A DNA stretch of 64,000 nucleotides from Hormiphora californensis (Eukaryota > Animalia > Ctenophora). The stretch lies in the NCBI GenBank assembly GCA_020137815.1, contig CM035355.1, positions 1,612,001 through 1,676,000 of the forward strand, in the 5' to 3' direction. The notes beneath the pieces are model-generated. The model was not told the DNA's origin, made no database searches, and saw only the letters and a program-made list of their open reading frames with translations. Numbering within the stretch: position 1 is the first letter of the stretch; each line of letters opens with the position of its first letter. A program made the position numbers and the translations under genes. Below are positions 1 to 11,770 of this stretch, piece after piece.

Positions 1-631
1 ATCGGGTTACTGGAAGGGGTAGAGATGATGAGGATATCGGGATTTTTATAAGGTAAGGACTTTGAACAACGTACACTACGTGTCTGTATGTTCTTAATTG
101 TGTATTGTTAAAGTACTATTTCTAGTTTTATCCCCAGGTCGTGTCAGGAAGGCTACGTAAGAGGAATAACAACCCGATATCGCAGAATCTCTATCTTCCT
201 CTGTCTAATTCTCTACACCCTGACCGATATTACCCTATCAATATGGTACGAGAATACCTTGAATTTATTATTATGTGCATTATGTGCATGTGTTATGTGC
301 TTGTACGTGATACACACCGGCACATAGCTGCATGTATCGTGAGTTTTGCATTTTCCTCCAAACTGTTTTGTCCGCCGTGTCCCAAAATAATAAGTGCAAT
401 GAAGTAACGCGCGGGGTAACTGTTGTTATCATCTCTGCGCGCAACTCGGTAGACCTATCGTAATGTCGCTCTGGCGCCAAGCAATAATTTTATGCGGATT
501 ATGCTCATTTTCCGATTTGCATAATCAAACAGTATTCCCTAATTAGATCCTTTCTTTACAGGTTTGATACGTGTATTGTTGATGTATTGCTGGATCCGTT
601 CCCACCACTAAGTGACACATCTGTGACTTGA
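1..631 (+). CDS. 3' end of an unidentified spliced gene with a hydrophobic segment (partial)
   Basis: Exons <1-52, 138-245 and 562-631 have GT-AG borders and compatible phases, giving RVTGRGRDDEDIGIFIRSCQEGYVRGITTRYRRISIFLCLILYTLTDITLSIWFDTCIVDVLLDPFPPLSDTSVT*. No family recognised. Confidence 0.45.
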
Positions 632-1097
632 GAGAGGGGTTTATAACTGTGGGTCTAGATGCCGCCTTGTCACCCCTACATTTATAACACGCCCTATTAT
701 AGAGGCCTGAATAATATGCACACTTTGCTTTGTGTTTATACCAGGAAGGAGCACTACGCTAAACAGAAGCTTTGTGTCACAACACAAACTATTAATAATT
801 CAAAGAGGATATTTTATTTCTTTTGTAGGACCAGCTTAAAAAACCATCCTCTTCCTTCTAGCGATGTTTTCAATGAATGTATAAGCATCTTCTGGCGTCA
901 TCTATACCTCGTTATCTTACCAGGTCGACCTTTGAGTGATTTTGTTTTTTGTTTTGCATAAATCCGTAATATTTGCTTTTCCAATTTCTTTATATTTTCC
1001 TCTCCGCTGCACTCCCTAGCTATTAGTGTGTGTATAGGAGCGGCTGGTATGTTACCTAGCTATTAGTATGTAACCCTGACTTCCTCTACTTAGGAGA

Positions 1098-4000
1098 ATG
1101 TCATCTCTAGCACGGCTGGGACTGCCGGAGTCCAAGGTTGCTGAGACCCAGAAAAACACCCAATTGACAGGAGTGCTAGAAGGCTTCCTTGCTAGTGCTG
1201 ATAAGAGGGGTGTAGTGGTGGATGGTGTGACGGGTAAACTGATGTATGGACTGGGTACTAAACTGAAGAAACAGGACAATATGGGCCAGATATTGGACCT
1301 CATACTGGAGAAGAAGGTAGGTTCATCATAACTAGCACATACATCAGAATTTTTATTGACTTTTCAATAAAGTCTTTCCCTCTGAATTTTCACCTGTTAT
1401 CTCTCTCCTAATTCACGACTATTATTTCAGGTTACAAGTGATACCCAGCTAACTGCTGCCCTTGAGTTTGTCAAAGCAAACCCAGTTAACCCTGACCAGT
1501 CTCGATTAGAAGAGTTTTGTGGGGTGGGTGTTGTCATCACAACTGAACAGATCAAGACTGCTGTGAGTGCTAAAGTGGAGGCGAACCTGGCCCAGATCAA
1601 GACTCAGCGATACAGGTATGTGCTTTTAGACCAGACTGACACTTGGCCCCTCTGCGATGGCCAGTTGTCAAATCCTATGCTATTGACTGTGCCACTTTTC
1701 CCTACTATTTCTTCTGTCAGGTTGATTTTCTCAAACTAAAGACTCCCTGATCAGGTACAACACAGGTCCTATGATGGGGCAGATAAAGAAGGAACTAAAG
1801 TGGGCCGATGGATCCCAAATCAAGGCCGAGATAGACAGCACCATTGCAGGAATACTGGGAGCAAAGACTGAAGCTGATAACAAACCCGTTGAAAAGGTGA
1901 GATTTCTTGGGCACAAAACTATAATATCCAAACTAAAACAGAATCAGCGAAATGAACCTGGTTTCAAACCATCTACCATCATCAGGTGAAACAGAAGCAG
2001 CCTAAACAGAAGACAGATGAAAAGAAGACTGCTGTGGTGGCTGAGGAGGAACCTCAGGAAATATCTTTCGCTGGTGAGAAATAGTGCTCCTCCATATTTG
2101 ATATTTTCCAATTTTCCCTTTCGTTCTCCTTCTTTCTTTTCCCTGATCGTCTCCTTCTCCAGGTTTCCACAAGGTGGGAGAGAACTACACGACGGAGGGG
2201 TACGTGATAACTCCCCATACCATGCGACTACTGAAGGAGCATCTAGAGAGAACAAACGGTAGGCTTGGGGTGGGGATGGCTCCAAATACCGTGTTTGAGT
2301 TGCTGATATTTCCTAACATGGCGCAACCACTTAAGAATGAAATCTAAATTCCCCTCATCCTCCCTATACATAATAGGTACGGTGATGACGCGTTTCCCAC
2401 CTGAACCCAATGGTATCCTTCATATCGGACACGCTAAGGCTATCAACATCAACTTCGGATTTGCAAAGGCATTTTCTGGCAAGTGCTATCTAAGGTAAGT
2501 AAACTAAACTAAGTTCTGAGAACAACGAATTAGAGTATTCGTTCAACCCGGGAAAAGTGTTATCTGTCTAAATGATCCACACCCTACACTCTGCAGGTAT
2601 GACGATACCAACCCAGAAAAAGAAGAGGAGAAATTCTTTACATCGATCCTTGAAATGGTTCCGTTGGCTAGGGCTATGAACCATTCAAGATTACCCACTC
2701 CTCCGATCCGATTCCAGGAATTATTTGATTATGCAGTTCAAATGATAAAATCAGGTCAGCACCATTAGAAATACTGGGGAGCCCCGAAATACTCCTTCAT
2801 AAAGATTTTAATCGCTGAAATTAAAACACTTCTCTAGTTTCGTAATTTAACTAAACCGTTCGTTCTTCCTTCTCCAGGTCACGCGTATGTGTGTCACCAA
2901 TCAGCCGATGAACTGAAAGGATTTGACGTGAAAGCCCTCCCCCTGGAGAGATAGGCCCATTGAGGAGTCCCTCTCCCTCTTTGACGACATGAAACACGGA
3001 AAGATTGATGAAGGAGCAGCTACTCTCCGAATGAAGTGCATTCTTGAGGAAGGGAAGGTTGATCCAGTGGCATATCGTATCAAGTTTGTAGCCCATCACC
3101 GGACTGGCAATGACTGGTGCATCTACCCTACCTACGATTACACCCACTGTATCTGCGACTCGCTCGAGGATATCACCCACTCCCTCTGCACCAAAGAGTT
3201 CCAAACACGCCGGAGCAGTTACTACTGGCTTTGTAACATCCTGGAAATCTACTGTCCCGTCCAGTGGGAATATGGCCGGCTAAATATTGGATATAACATC
3301 ATGAGCAAGAGGAAGATTGCTAAGTTGATCTCTGAAGGTCTGGTGGCAGATTATGATGATCCTAGGCTGTTTACTCTCACTGCACTGAGAAGGAGAGGGT
3401 TCCCTCCCCAGGCAGTTAACACGTTTGTAAAGAAGTGTGGTCTGACTGGAGCTCAGACTCAGCTGGACCCTGGCATGTTAGAGGCGTGTGTCAGGGATGA
3501 ACTGAATGTGAGCGCAGAGAGAGTCATGGCAGTCCTGGATCCACTTGAAGTCGAGGTGAGGATGAATCTTGAAACCGACTTTAGTTGTTTATATCGTGTG
3601 ACCTCCCAGTCTCTCTTTGAAGATTTGAAGAACTGAAAGGCACAATATCGTTCTTATTATTCACATTTCCCTAATCATCCCAATCCTATCATCAGGTGGT
3701 AGGAAGTGAGGAGTCTCTACCCTGTACTGTAACAGTGCCCAACATACCGGGCCAGGATGAGGGCCCCACACATTCTGTTTCTCTCAACAAGTCCTTCTTT
3801 ATTGACAATAGTGACTTCAGGGAGTCGGCTGACAAGGGTGAGTCGAGAGAGACATGGTGACTGGATGGGAAACATGTTTCTATTAATAGTGACATGGTTC
3901 TATTAATAGTGACATAGTGACTCGTATCATGTGAAACATGCTTCGTACCTCCCCTTAGTTTCCTAAATTCACCTCTTTCCCCCAGACTACCGAAGACTCG

Positions 4001-5903
4001 CTCTAAACCAGACAGTTGGTCTAAAACACGTGGGCTTGGTTGCCACGGTTACCGACGTGGAGAGGGATTCTGCCGGTACTGTTACCAAAGTGAAAGTGAA
4101 ACTAACTAAACTCTCGGCTGGCAACAAGCCAAAAGCCTTCATTCAGTGGGTTTGTGATGGTGTTACGGCAGAGGTTAGGGACTACAGTCGGCTCTTCTTC
4201 CACAAATGTCCCGAGGACCCTGAGCAGGTAACAAACAGACAGAACTAACATGTTTTGACCTGAGTAGGGGGATAAAGTTAATAGGATGAAAATATATGTC
4301 ATTTGTTGTTGGAGTTGGGGGATGGAGGAGGTATTGTACGTTCATTTGAGACTTCCAAGAAGATTAGGACAATTGAAAACTAACACTTTGATATCTAAGT
4401 TATGTGAAACCCAGTATTGAAATCCGACTTTAGTTAGGCAGCATACCCCGAACCAACCCCACACTACTTTTCTACACATGAACTAGGTAGTACTCATTAT
4501 ATGCTTTCTACTAAATCTCTACTCGATTCTGGTACCTGCATCTGAAAAAGCTTGTATCTCCCAAAAGTGCAGACATATCAACTCATTTGGGCTGTTATCG
4601 TTATTTTCCAATCGAAGTACGACTTTATTTGCTATGACTGATGCTGCCTCCTTCCTACATCTGATGGTGAGACTCTGAACCATGTTACTGGAATCCAATA
4701 CCATCACGCCACACAGGTGCTCCAGTCCAGTTCCATCTTCCTCTAACAAGACCCTAGTTCCGGTAGGCCGGAGGTAGATATCCCATGCAGACTGGACGTG
4801 GGAGAGGTAGAACACAAGAAAGTCGATGGTGGCCGGTTGAGAAAGTGTTAGTTTTGCCCAAATCTCCTCATCGTGATACTGATAGCACCGTGAATGTCCT
4901 CCCGTTGTGAAATCTCCATCAATCATATTACTCGCGTAGTACGTAGAGTATGTCTTGCTGAACTGGGCACTTGAGAACTTGATTTGTCGTTGATGGATAG
5001 GGCGGGAGGCAGTGCTACAAAGTGCCAAGCTGAGTAGAGTGGCCCACACGAACCATGGTGCCATTCTTGGCGTTGTTCCAAGCTGTCTTACAAAATACAG
5101 AACTTCGGGGCACAAACAAAATAGAGAACTGGAGGAATAACCATAGACAGAGAGCAATGATAGAACGATACATCGGAGAGATCTAAGATAGAGGCTTCAC
5201 TAGCTTTAGTAGAGAGCATTGTTTCTGATTCAATTCAAAAGGGAATACACTACCATTATCGCAAAAAAGAGAGAGCTACGAAGAGCTGTTGTTACACTCT
5301 GACCTCGTCCGATAGGCGCAGTACAACAAAAAATATCATTTCTAAAATAAAAACAAAATCGAATACTAGTAAAATCATAACTAATATGAAATAAGAGTGT
5401 ATAATGCAGTTTCACGTACAACCCGAGAATATAAACCCTCCCTCTCCTTGCCAGGTGCCGGGTGGGTTCCTGACCGATGTGAATCCAGACTCTCTGAGGG
5501 TGTACGATGCCCTGGTGGAGTCTCGACTTGCTGGTAGCTCTGTCTACACATCATACCAGTTCGAACGAATAGGGTGAGTATTTGATATGTTCTAACCCTC
5601 CTTAATTGCGTGGCGCGGGGAAACAGGGACGAGTAAGGCAAGTGAGTGCAAGTGAGTGCAAGTGAATAGGAGTTGTTTTCAACTCCGAGGCTGAGTACGA
5701 GGTATTTTGTACGAAACAGAAAAGTTTTGGGTTAGGGGCGCTGTTTCTGAAAAGGCGCCCCTAACCCAAAACCACCTTCACGTACCCAAACCAATATCAA
5801 ACCCTACATCTATAGGTTTTACACAGTGGACCAGGATACGACAGGTAGCAGACTGGTGTTCAACAATACTGTCTCGCTTAGGGAGGACTCCGGGAAAAAG
5901 TAG
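1098..5903 (+). CDS. QARS1: Glutaminyl-tRNA synthetase, eukaryotic type with N-terminal appended domain, 12 exons
   Basis: Exons ~1098-1316, 1431-1615, 1755-1896, 1986-2073, 2163-2258, 2377-2494, 2597-2754, 2878-3555, 3696-3837, 3986-4227, 5455-5573, 5816-5903. Motifs: [18 protein letters not shown] (HIGH), [37 protein letters not shown] (KMSKS-like), [33 protein letters not shown]. Apparent 1-nt insertions at 2660-2710 and ~2932. Confidence 0.97.
4519..5064 (-). CDS. Secreted F-type lectin / discoidin (F5/8C)-like galactose-binding-domain protein, nested antisense in QARS intron 10
   Basis: ATG at 5064, then signal peptide [20 protein letters not shown]. Pattern [41 protein letters not shown] matches the F-lectin fold. 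Lies wholly within intron 4228-5454. Confidence 0.8.
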   Translation of the reverse strand: MAPWFVWATLLSLALCSTASRPIHQRQIKFSSAQFSKTYSTYYASNMIDGDFTTGGHSRCYQYHDEEIWAKLTLSQPATIDFLVFYLSHVQSAWDIYLRPTGTRVLLEEDGTGLEHLCGVMVLDSSNMVQSLTIRCRKEAASVIANKVVLRLENNDNSPNELICLHFWEIQAFSDAGTRIE

Positions 5904-6179
5904 CATCTTTTCGTGTGTTTCTAGGCTTTCAAGTATATTTTTCCACCTTCCTGTCATACGGTTGGGTTATGTATGACAGTGTGGGTTTAATTTATAAATC
6001 ACTTTGTTCATTTATTAGGACACGACACCTATTTATCATTTTTTGTCTTCAGCAAAATCTGTTGTTTTCTTATTTCGAGTCACCAACCTTATCAAGTCTT
6101 CTTACCGTTTCTGAACCATCTTCCCCTGGTATATTTAGTATGTTATTGTCAGATAGTGAAACTAGGTGATGGAAGAGGA

Positions 6180-7308
6180 ATGTTCACACGACTTCGTATC
6201 CCGCTGTATCCCAGAAGTACCTGCTGCTCCTCTGTTCTTCTTCTCTCAAGGTAGTTGATGTAATAGGAAAATTGTATCACTCCAAGCGAAGATGGAATAA
6301 ATGTAACTTTTTATCACTACCTCCACAGATTTTTGACCCACTATTCCCCCCCCCCCTCTCGCAGGTGTCTGACCCACTATTGTCACCCCCACTCTCAGGT
6401 GTCTGACCCACTATGATGTGCTGGGACTACCCCGAAGTGCTACTAAATCAGATATTAAGAAGGCATACCTAGAGAAAGCTAAAGAGTGTCATCCTGATTT
6501 GAACCCTGACGATGAAAAGGCTGCTGAACAATTCCAACGGGTTAGTTATCTATATTATAATTTGGAGATGTCGCGTCGAAGTTTTTTCATCCGATCAATA
6601 TCAATAGGGTGTGTTTTCGAAAGCTCAGGATTAGCTTAGTCGATTAGAAAAAGAATTAGTCTAATCCCAAGTAGGGTTTTTGAAAAAATCGACATCAAAG
6701 ATCAAAAACCACAAATAATAACCGGGTAGGAATGGGTGCTCCTTCATAAAACATTTTATGCGACCAAAGCTGTTAAGCTGTTTTGGAACTTCCAGTGGAA
6801 GTTTCTTATTATTTTCGAATGAATTTTAACAATTCAGTCCCCATAGTTACCACTTCAGTTGCCATGGCAACCGTGTTATTTCTGTTAAAAGTGGCAAAAA
6901 CAACCACACGGCTTTGCCGTGTTGGTTATCAAAAAGCCCTTACTTGGGGCGCACCCAATGGGTGCGCTAGTCTTTAGAAACTTCCGCTTGGATTCTCCAT
7001 TCTCCGATATGATTGGAAGCTGGCGAGATATTGCAGTAAATTTTCACCAATTACGGGATCAATACTGTCCCTCTAGCTCTGCCTGATATCCACCCCGCTA
7101 ACGGCTAAATTCACCAATATTTCAGGTTCAAGAGGCCCATGACACACTGATGTCCTCAAAGGACCGAGCCCAGTACAATCACAACCTCCAGCAGGAGTTT
7201 TACCATGGTAGCCGTGCTGCAGGAGCTGATCCAACCAGGTAGACACTGTCTGTCTGTCTGTGTGTCTGTGTGTCTGTCTGTGTGTCTGTGTGTCTGTCTG
7301 TCTGTCTA

Positions 7309-7339
<31 letters not shown>

Positions 7340-7400
7340 GTCTGTCTGTCTGTCTGTCTGTCTGTCGGTATATCTGTCTGTCTGTCTGTCTGTCTGTATA

Positions 7401-7455
<55 letters not shown>

Positions 7456-9197
7456 TTGTTTGTCAACTGCTGATTTAAGTTCTTCCCATCCCTTCAGGAG
7501 AGCGAACATTAGGACCCACAGTGCCAGAACCCAGTACTCTGGCGCACAAAGCAGTTACAGCAGCTATAGAAACGATAAATTCAACGATAAGCACCGCGTA
7601 AATAATGGTCAGTTTCACGAAGAATAACGTTTCAAAGTCTAGAGCATATGTCATGTTGAATTATAGAGTAAAAACGTACGTTTTATATCTCATCTCTATG
7701 ATACATATCTCTCTCTCCAGATAACTACCAGGCACCCGGAGGTCCCTCACCGCACAACACTGAACCAAACCGAACCCACTTCAAGAACCCATGGGAAGGG
7801 GGCGTGGAGCAGGCTGCTGATGATACAGCCCTCTATTTTGCTATTATTACCGGTGCTGGATTTGTTACATTTGTTACCGGGTGTTACTTCTTCATGAAAG
7901 CGTGAGTAGGGGGAGGGGGGTAGTCTGTTTTAATCCATTTTAGTGATCAATGAGAGTGGGTTTTATTAATTTGTGGGGGAGATTGAAAGATAACTGTCAG
8001 AGGATTGGCCTGACAGAAAAATAAGGCAAGTTATGATGGCTTTGGGGTGCGAACAATAAATCTGTAGCCATTGAATAATTTAGGATACGGGCCGCGGAGA
8101 ATCAACCTTTGGCTGATAGAGTCCCATATTTGGAGCGAAAACGAAGGGAGTTTGAGAGTCAGAGGGGAAACATTTGGGACCCTTGGAAAACTCTAAGGTA
8201 ATTACCCCCCTCTCAGGATTAGAAGTGAAGTTAATGTGGGCCGTCATGGTCGAGGGAAGTCATTTGAAGACGCCATCGCTGAGACGACACGTAAAATAGA
8301 GACGGCGTGGCTGCCTAGCGGTTTGTAAGTCAAGGTGTTTGAATTCTCCCAAATTACTACGAGACGAATTCCATGACACCTGGAAATAAAACTCCAAGCA
8401 TCCCTTCTTATTTCTGTTGTTATCTCGAATTATAATGTCCCCTTCCCTCACATGTCCCCTTCTTTCAGTTTAAGTGACAGACCGAGTACCCCGGTCCAAG
8501 ATTCTCACCGGTACATATACAGTGAGGACAAAGGACGGTTTGTGAAGGCTACCCCCATACTAAACACAACCCAGGATCAGTTTGAGGGAGCCATGGCTGA
8601 TAAATTACAACCCATACAGTGAGTAATTAATAGTTTTAGGGTGGTATTATCTGGCCAATGCTCTGACCACAGTTCTCGTGCGCTCCGCGTGCAGAAACGA
8701 GAATGGGTCAGGCCAATGCTCTGACAGGGTATTATTTTACAGTTGGGTACTATAACTTTTCTCCATCTAGAGCAGAGAAAAGGTATTTGCCTAAAAAATA
8801 TCATGGGAAGATCACACGTGAGAAGATACTGATCAGTTCACCAAATATCTCCCCTATTTCCCAGGTACAAGATTCACGAAGAAACGGTGGTAGTTTCTCC
8901 ACAACTGAAACGACTTGTTCAACCATCCGATGTGAACCGATTAAAAATTGAAATGCTGTAAGTTTTTACCCCCATTCCAATTTCTTGCTCCGTGACTACA
9001 TGATACAAATCATCGAGATAATTTCTCATGTTAGATAAGATTTTTAATTCTTATTTCTGTCTAGTAAAAAGCGTGCGGAGTATCTTGCATCCAAGAAAGC
9101 GTACACGGAACTGCAAGCACAATTCAATGCGGAACAAGAGTTTAGAAAGGAGAGGTTGCCACCCAAGGATCAAAGTGAAGAAAAGAGTGATGGATAA
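6180..9197 (+). CDS. Class C J-domain protein with mitochondrial-type presequence and one TM helix (DNAJC4/DNAJC30-like), 9 exons
   Basis: Exons 6180-6250, 6399-6540, 7126-7238, 7498-7607, 7721-7901, 8084-8197, 8469-8618, 8865-8957, 9065-9197 are all phase-compatible. N-terminus [13 protein letters not shown]; J-domain HYDVLGL..IKKAY..ECHPD; TM segment [23 protein letters not shown]. Confidence 0.88.
6605..6720 (+). repeat. Dispersed repeat fragment shared with the interior of the 16704-18381 element
   Basis: TAGGGTG..TTTTCGAAAGCTCAGGATTAG..GATTAGAAAAAGA..ATCGACATCAAAGAT..CCACAAATAA also occurs at ~17203-17320. Confidence 0.85.
7247..7455 (+). repeat. (TCTG)n microsatellite
   Basis: Read directly; intron of the first J-protein gene. 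Confidence 0.97.
7994..8016 (-). mobile_element. Family A 'solo' 23-bp unit
   Basis: CTGTCAG-AGGATTGGC-CTGACAG flanked by AAAGATAA/AAAAATAA. Confidence 0.7.
8651..8727 (+). mobile_element. Family A mini-transposon
   Basis: Same core; perfect TSD GGTATTAT; 4-bp deletion in the left end. Confidence 0.82.
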
Positions 9198-9205
9198 ACA
9201 TAAAG

Positions 9206-9261
9206 TTGTTGAGTAAGGGGTGGAGGATTGAATATAGCGCCACTTTACCCTTACTCAACAA
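9206..9261. mobile_element. Mini-hairpin element, family C (TTGTTGAGTAAGGG..CCCTTACTCAACAA)
   Basis: 14-bp TIR; TSD ACATAAAG/ACAAAAAG; shorter copies at 20930-20968, 22339-22371 and 23102-23126 (TSD GTCATGCC/GTCATACC). Confidence 0.78.
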
Positions 9262-9458
9262 ACAAAAAGAGGAGAGAGCTGTAAATCGTGACCCCAACCA
9301 AAAACTTTCAGCGTACCCCTCCAGTTATTGAATTGCAGTGTGACTGTTTCTATTGTGTTTGTTTGTTTAGATATTACCACATCGTTTTGCAACACACAAG
9401 TTTCTAAACCACAAAATCTCCAAAACTCTCTAACACAACTCCTTTACCTAGCTACAGA

Positions 9459-11690
9459 ATGAACATTGGTAGATGTCGACACACAAGATTGATAATCACT
9501 TCTCAAATGTTTAGGTAAGTTTGAAAATTGTCCCGATCATAGAACTTCTGTCAGAACATTCAGAGTTATATTGGGGGCATTTTAAGTTTAAATGGAACAT
9601 GGGAGGATCTGGCATATGATGGTATCAGCATTGGTTCCGGTGGCTATCCAGTGGAATGCATCCACATCCACTCTACACACAATCATCACCTCCCTGCCAC
9701 GTCTTCAATCTCCACATCACAAACTCACGTTGCTGTCCTGTCACCCACCTACTGGCACCCTTGCTCGCCCTCACCAGCTCCCTTCCTTCAACCTCCCAGC
9801 GAGGTCCATCTCCCTGCTCCTCTTGTTCCTCCACCCATAGTTCCCAGTACTGGTATTTACCAGCCCAGTCAGCCTCCACCCCATCTATCTCCGTCACTAG
9901 AGCCCCGTGGGCCTTGTCTTGGGTCGCAGTGAAGGAGAGGTTCCCTGCATTCTGGGCTGTTTCCATGGCATCTAGGATTGTGGCATGTTCCGGCAGGTTG
10001 CTGATGGCCAGGGTTAGGTCGAAGGTGTCGGTGTGGGGTGAGTCAAGGTGTTTGATGACCAGTAGGGTGATATCCTTGGCTGAAAGGGTGGGGAGGAGAA
10101 CAGGGATAAGAAACAAAATAAAACGAAGCATATTATTCAACATCCGGAATCTAGCCCTCCCCAACCTCTTTCTTCTATAAAATGAGCTATAATAATAAAT
10201 TCAATTTATTGTGAATATTTTCTTACATTTTACTCCACCCCTTTCCTCTTCAGGCGGTGTATCAGCGACGTTCATTTTGTGAGATTGGGATTAGACCGGG
10301 GCCAGAAGTTGGATAAAAAGCGAATAAAGAGTGCGTACTTTCTCAAAGCAAAACAGGTATAACAATGACACTTGTTAATATAAATATTGTCATGTCTTTA
10401 TCCCTATTTTGTCATGTCTTTATCCCTATTTTGTACATGAGGTCGCTTGTTATTCTCGGCTTTCACCCACATATACACATCTGGTTACACACTGTCATGC
10501 TCGGGAGATCGGGATGGCGCTGTCAGACATTCATCAACAGTTCGGTTCACGAGTTTTTGTGAACCGTGGTCCATGAGAGAGTATGTTCAAGTACATGGTT
10601 CTGTTTTTGTACAGATATCATCCTGTTCCTCTTTCCATTCTTCTACACCTCCCATCATATCCCCCATAACATCCCCCTCCTCCTCCAACCCTCCCTCCTG
10701 CTCAAACTGACCCTGATCCGTGCTGAGTGCTGGGATAAGAAACGATCTAAGCAGCTCTTTCAGATCTTGTAACTCCCTACAAACGTGCTCCAAACGAACT
10801 TCTAAACTGTCTACTCTTCTCTCCAAATTGTTCTCATTGTTATTAGTTGTCTGATCAAATTGTCTGATCTCTGGGAGAGATTGCAGTATTGTCGGGGCGT
10901 GGTTATCAATAGCCAGGGAAGGTGGAAAGTCTGCAATAAGTTGATGGTGATCACCGACTGTTCCACTTTTTCTTGTTTTGTGTTTCCGGACCCTGTGGTA
11001 GTATGTCCTGTGGTACTCTCTCCTCCGCTTAGTCCTTTCTTTTCCCGGAGTTTGCTGGTCATTGTTTTCCATTTTATCAAGCTAAATGGACAGGAAATTA
11101 TTAGAAATATTACAAGTACAGAATATATGAAATACAAAGGGGCTGGCTGCAAGCTAAACAAAGACTTTGAGAAACAGATTTCAACACTGCTGAGGGGGGG
11201 GGGGGTACACTGAAGTTCAAAGTTTCACGCTAGTGTGAGTTCAAACAGCGGTGATATATCCATACTGAGTCTATTTCACCGTTTTTGGCAATATCATACT
11301 AGCGCGAATCTTTGAACGTCGAACGCCAGTGTGTGTCATGCGATTTCAACACACGATCTCAACTTTGCTGTGTCTCCCCCCTTTGAGAAAGAGAGTTCAA
11401 CACTGCTGACAAATCCAATTACGAAGATTACTTTGAGGCAGATGTTTTGAAAAGTTGAACACACGCATGTATAACTGCAGCAGTGTACAATCAAATGTAT
11501 ATTAAACTTCTGAAATTAATTAACCAAAGAGGAACTGTGTATATTCGATTTGATGCTGCGTGTAGACCAAACCAAACTAAATCACAAAACTGTACGTTCT
11601 GTGGAATCAAACACACTATTACACGGATTGAAGAGAACTGCATGATACACGAAATATACACAAGGAAAAGCTTTTAGCTTATAAGACGCA

Positions 11691-11770
<80 letters not shown>

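Noticed and set aside
7200-7627. RQTD- and CLSV-repeat ORFs
   Set aside because: They come from the (TCTG)n microsatellite in an intron; only 7498-7607 is a real exon.
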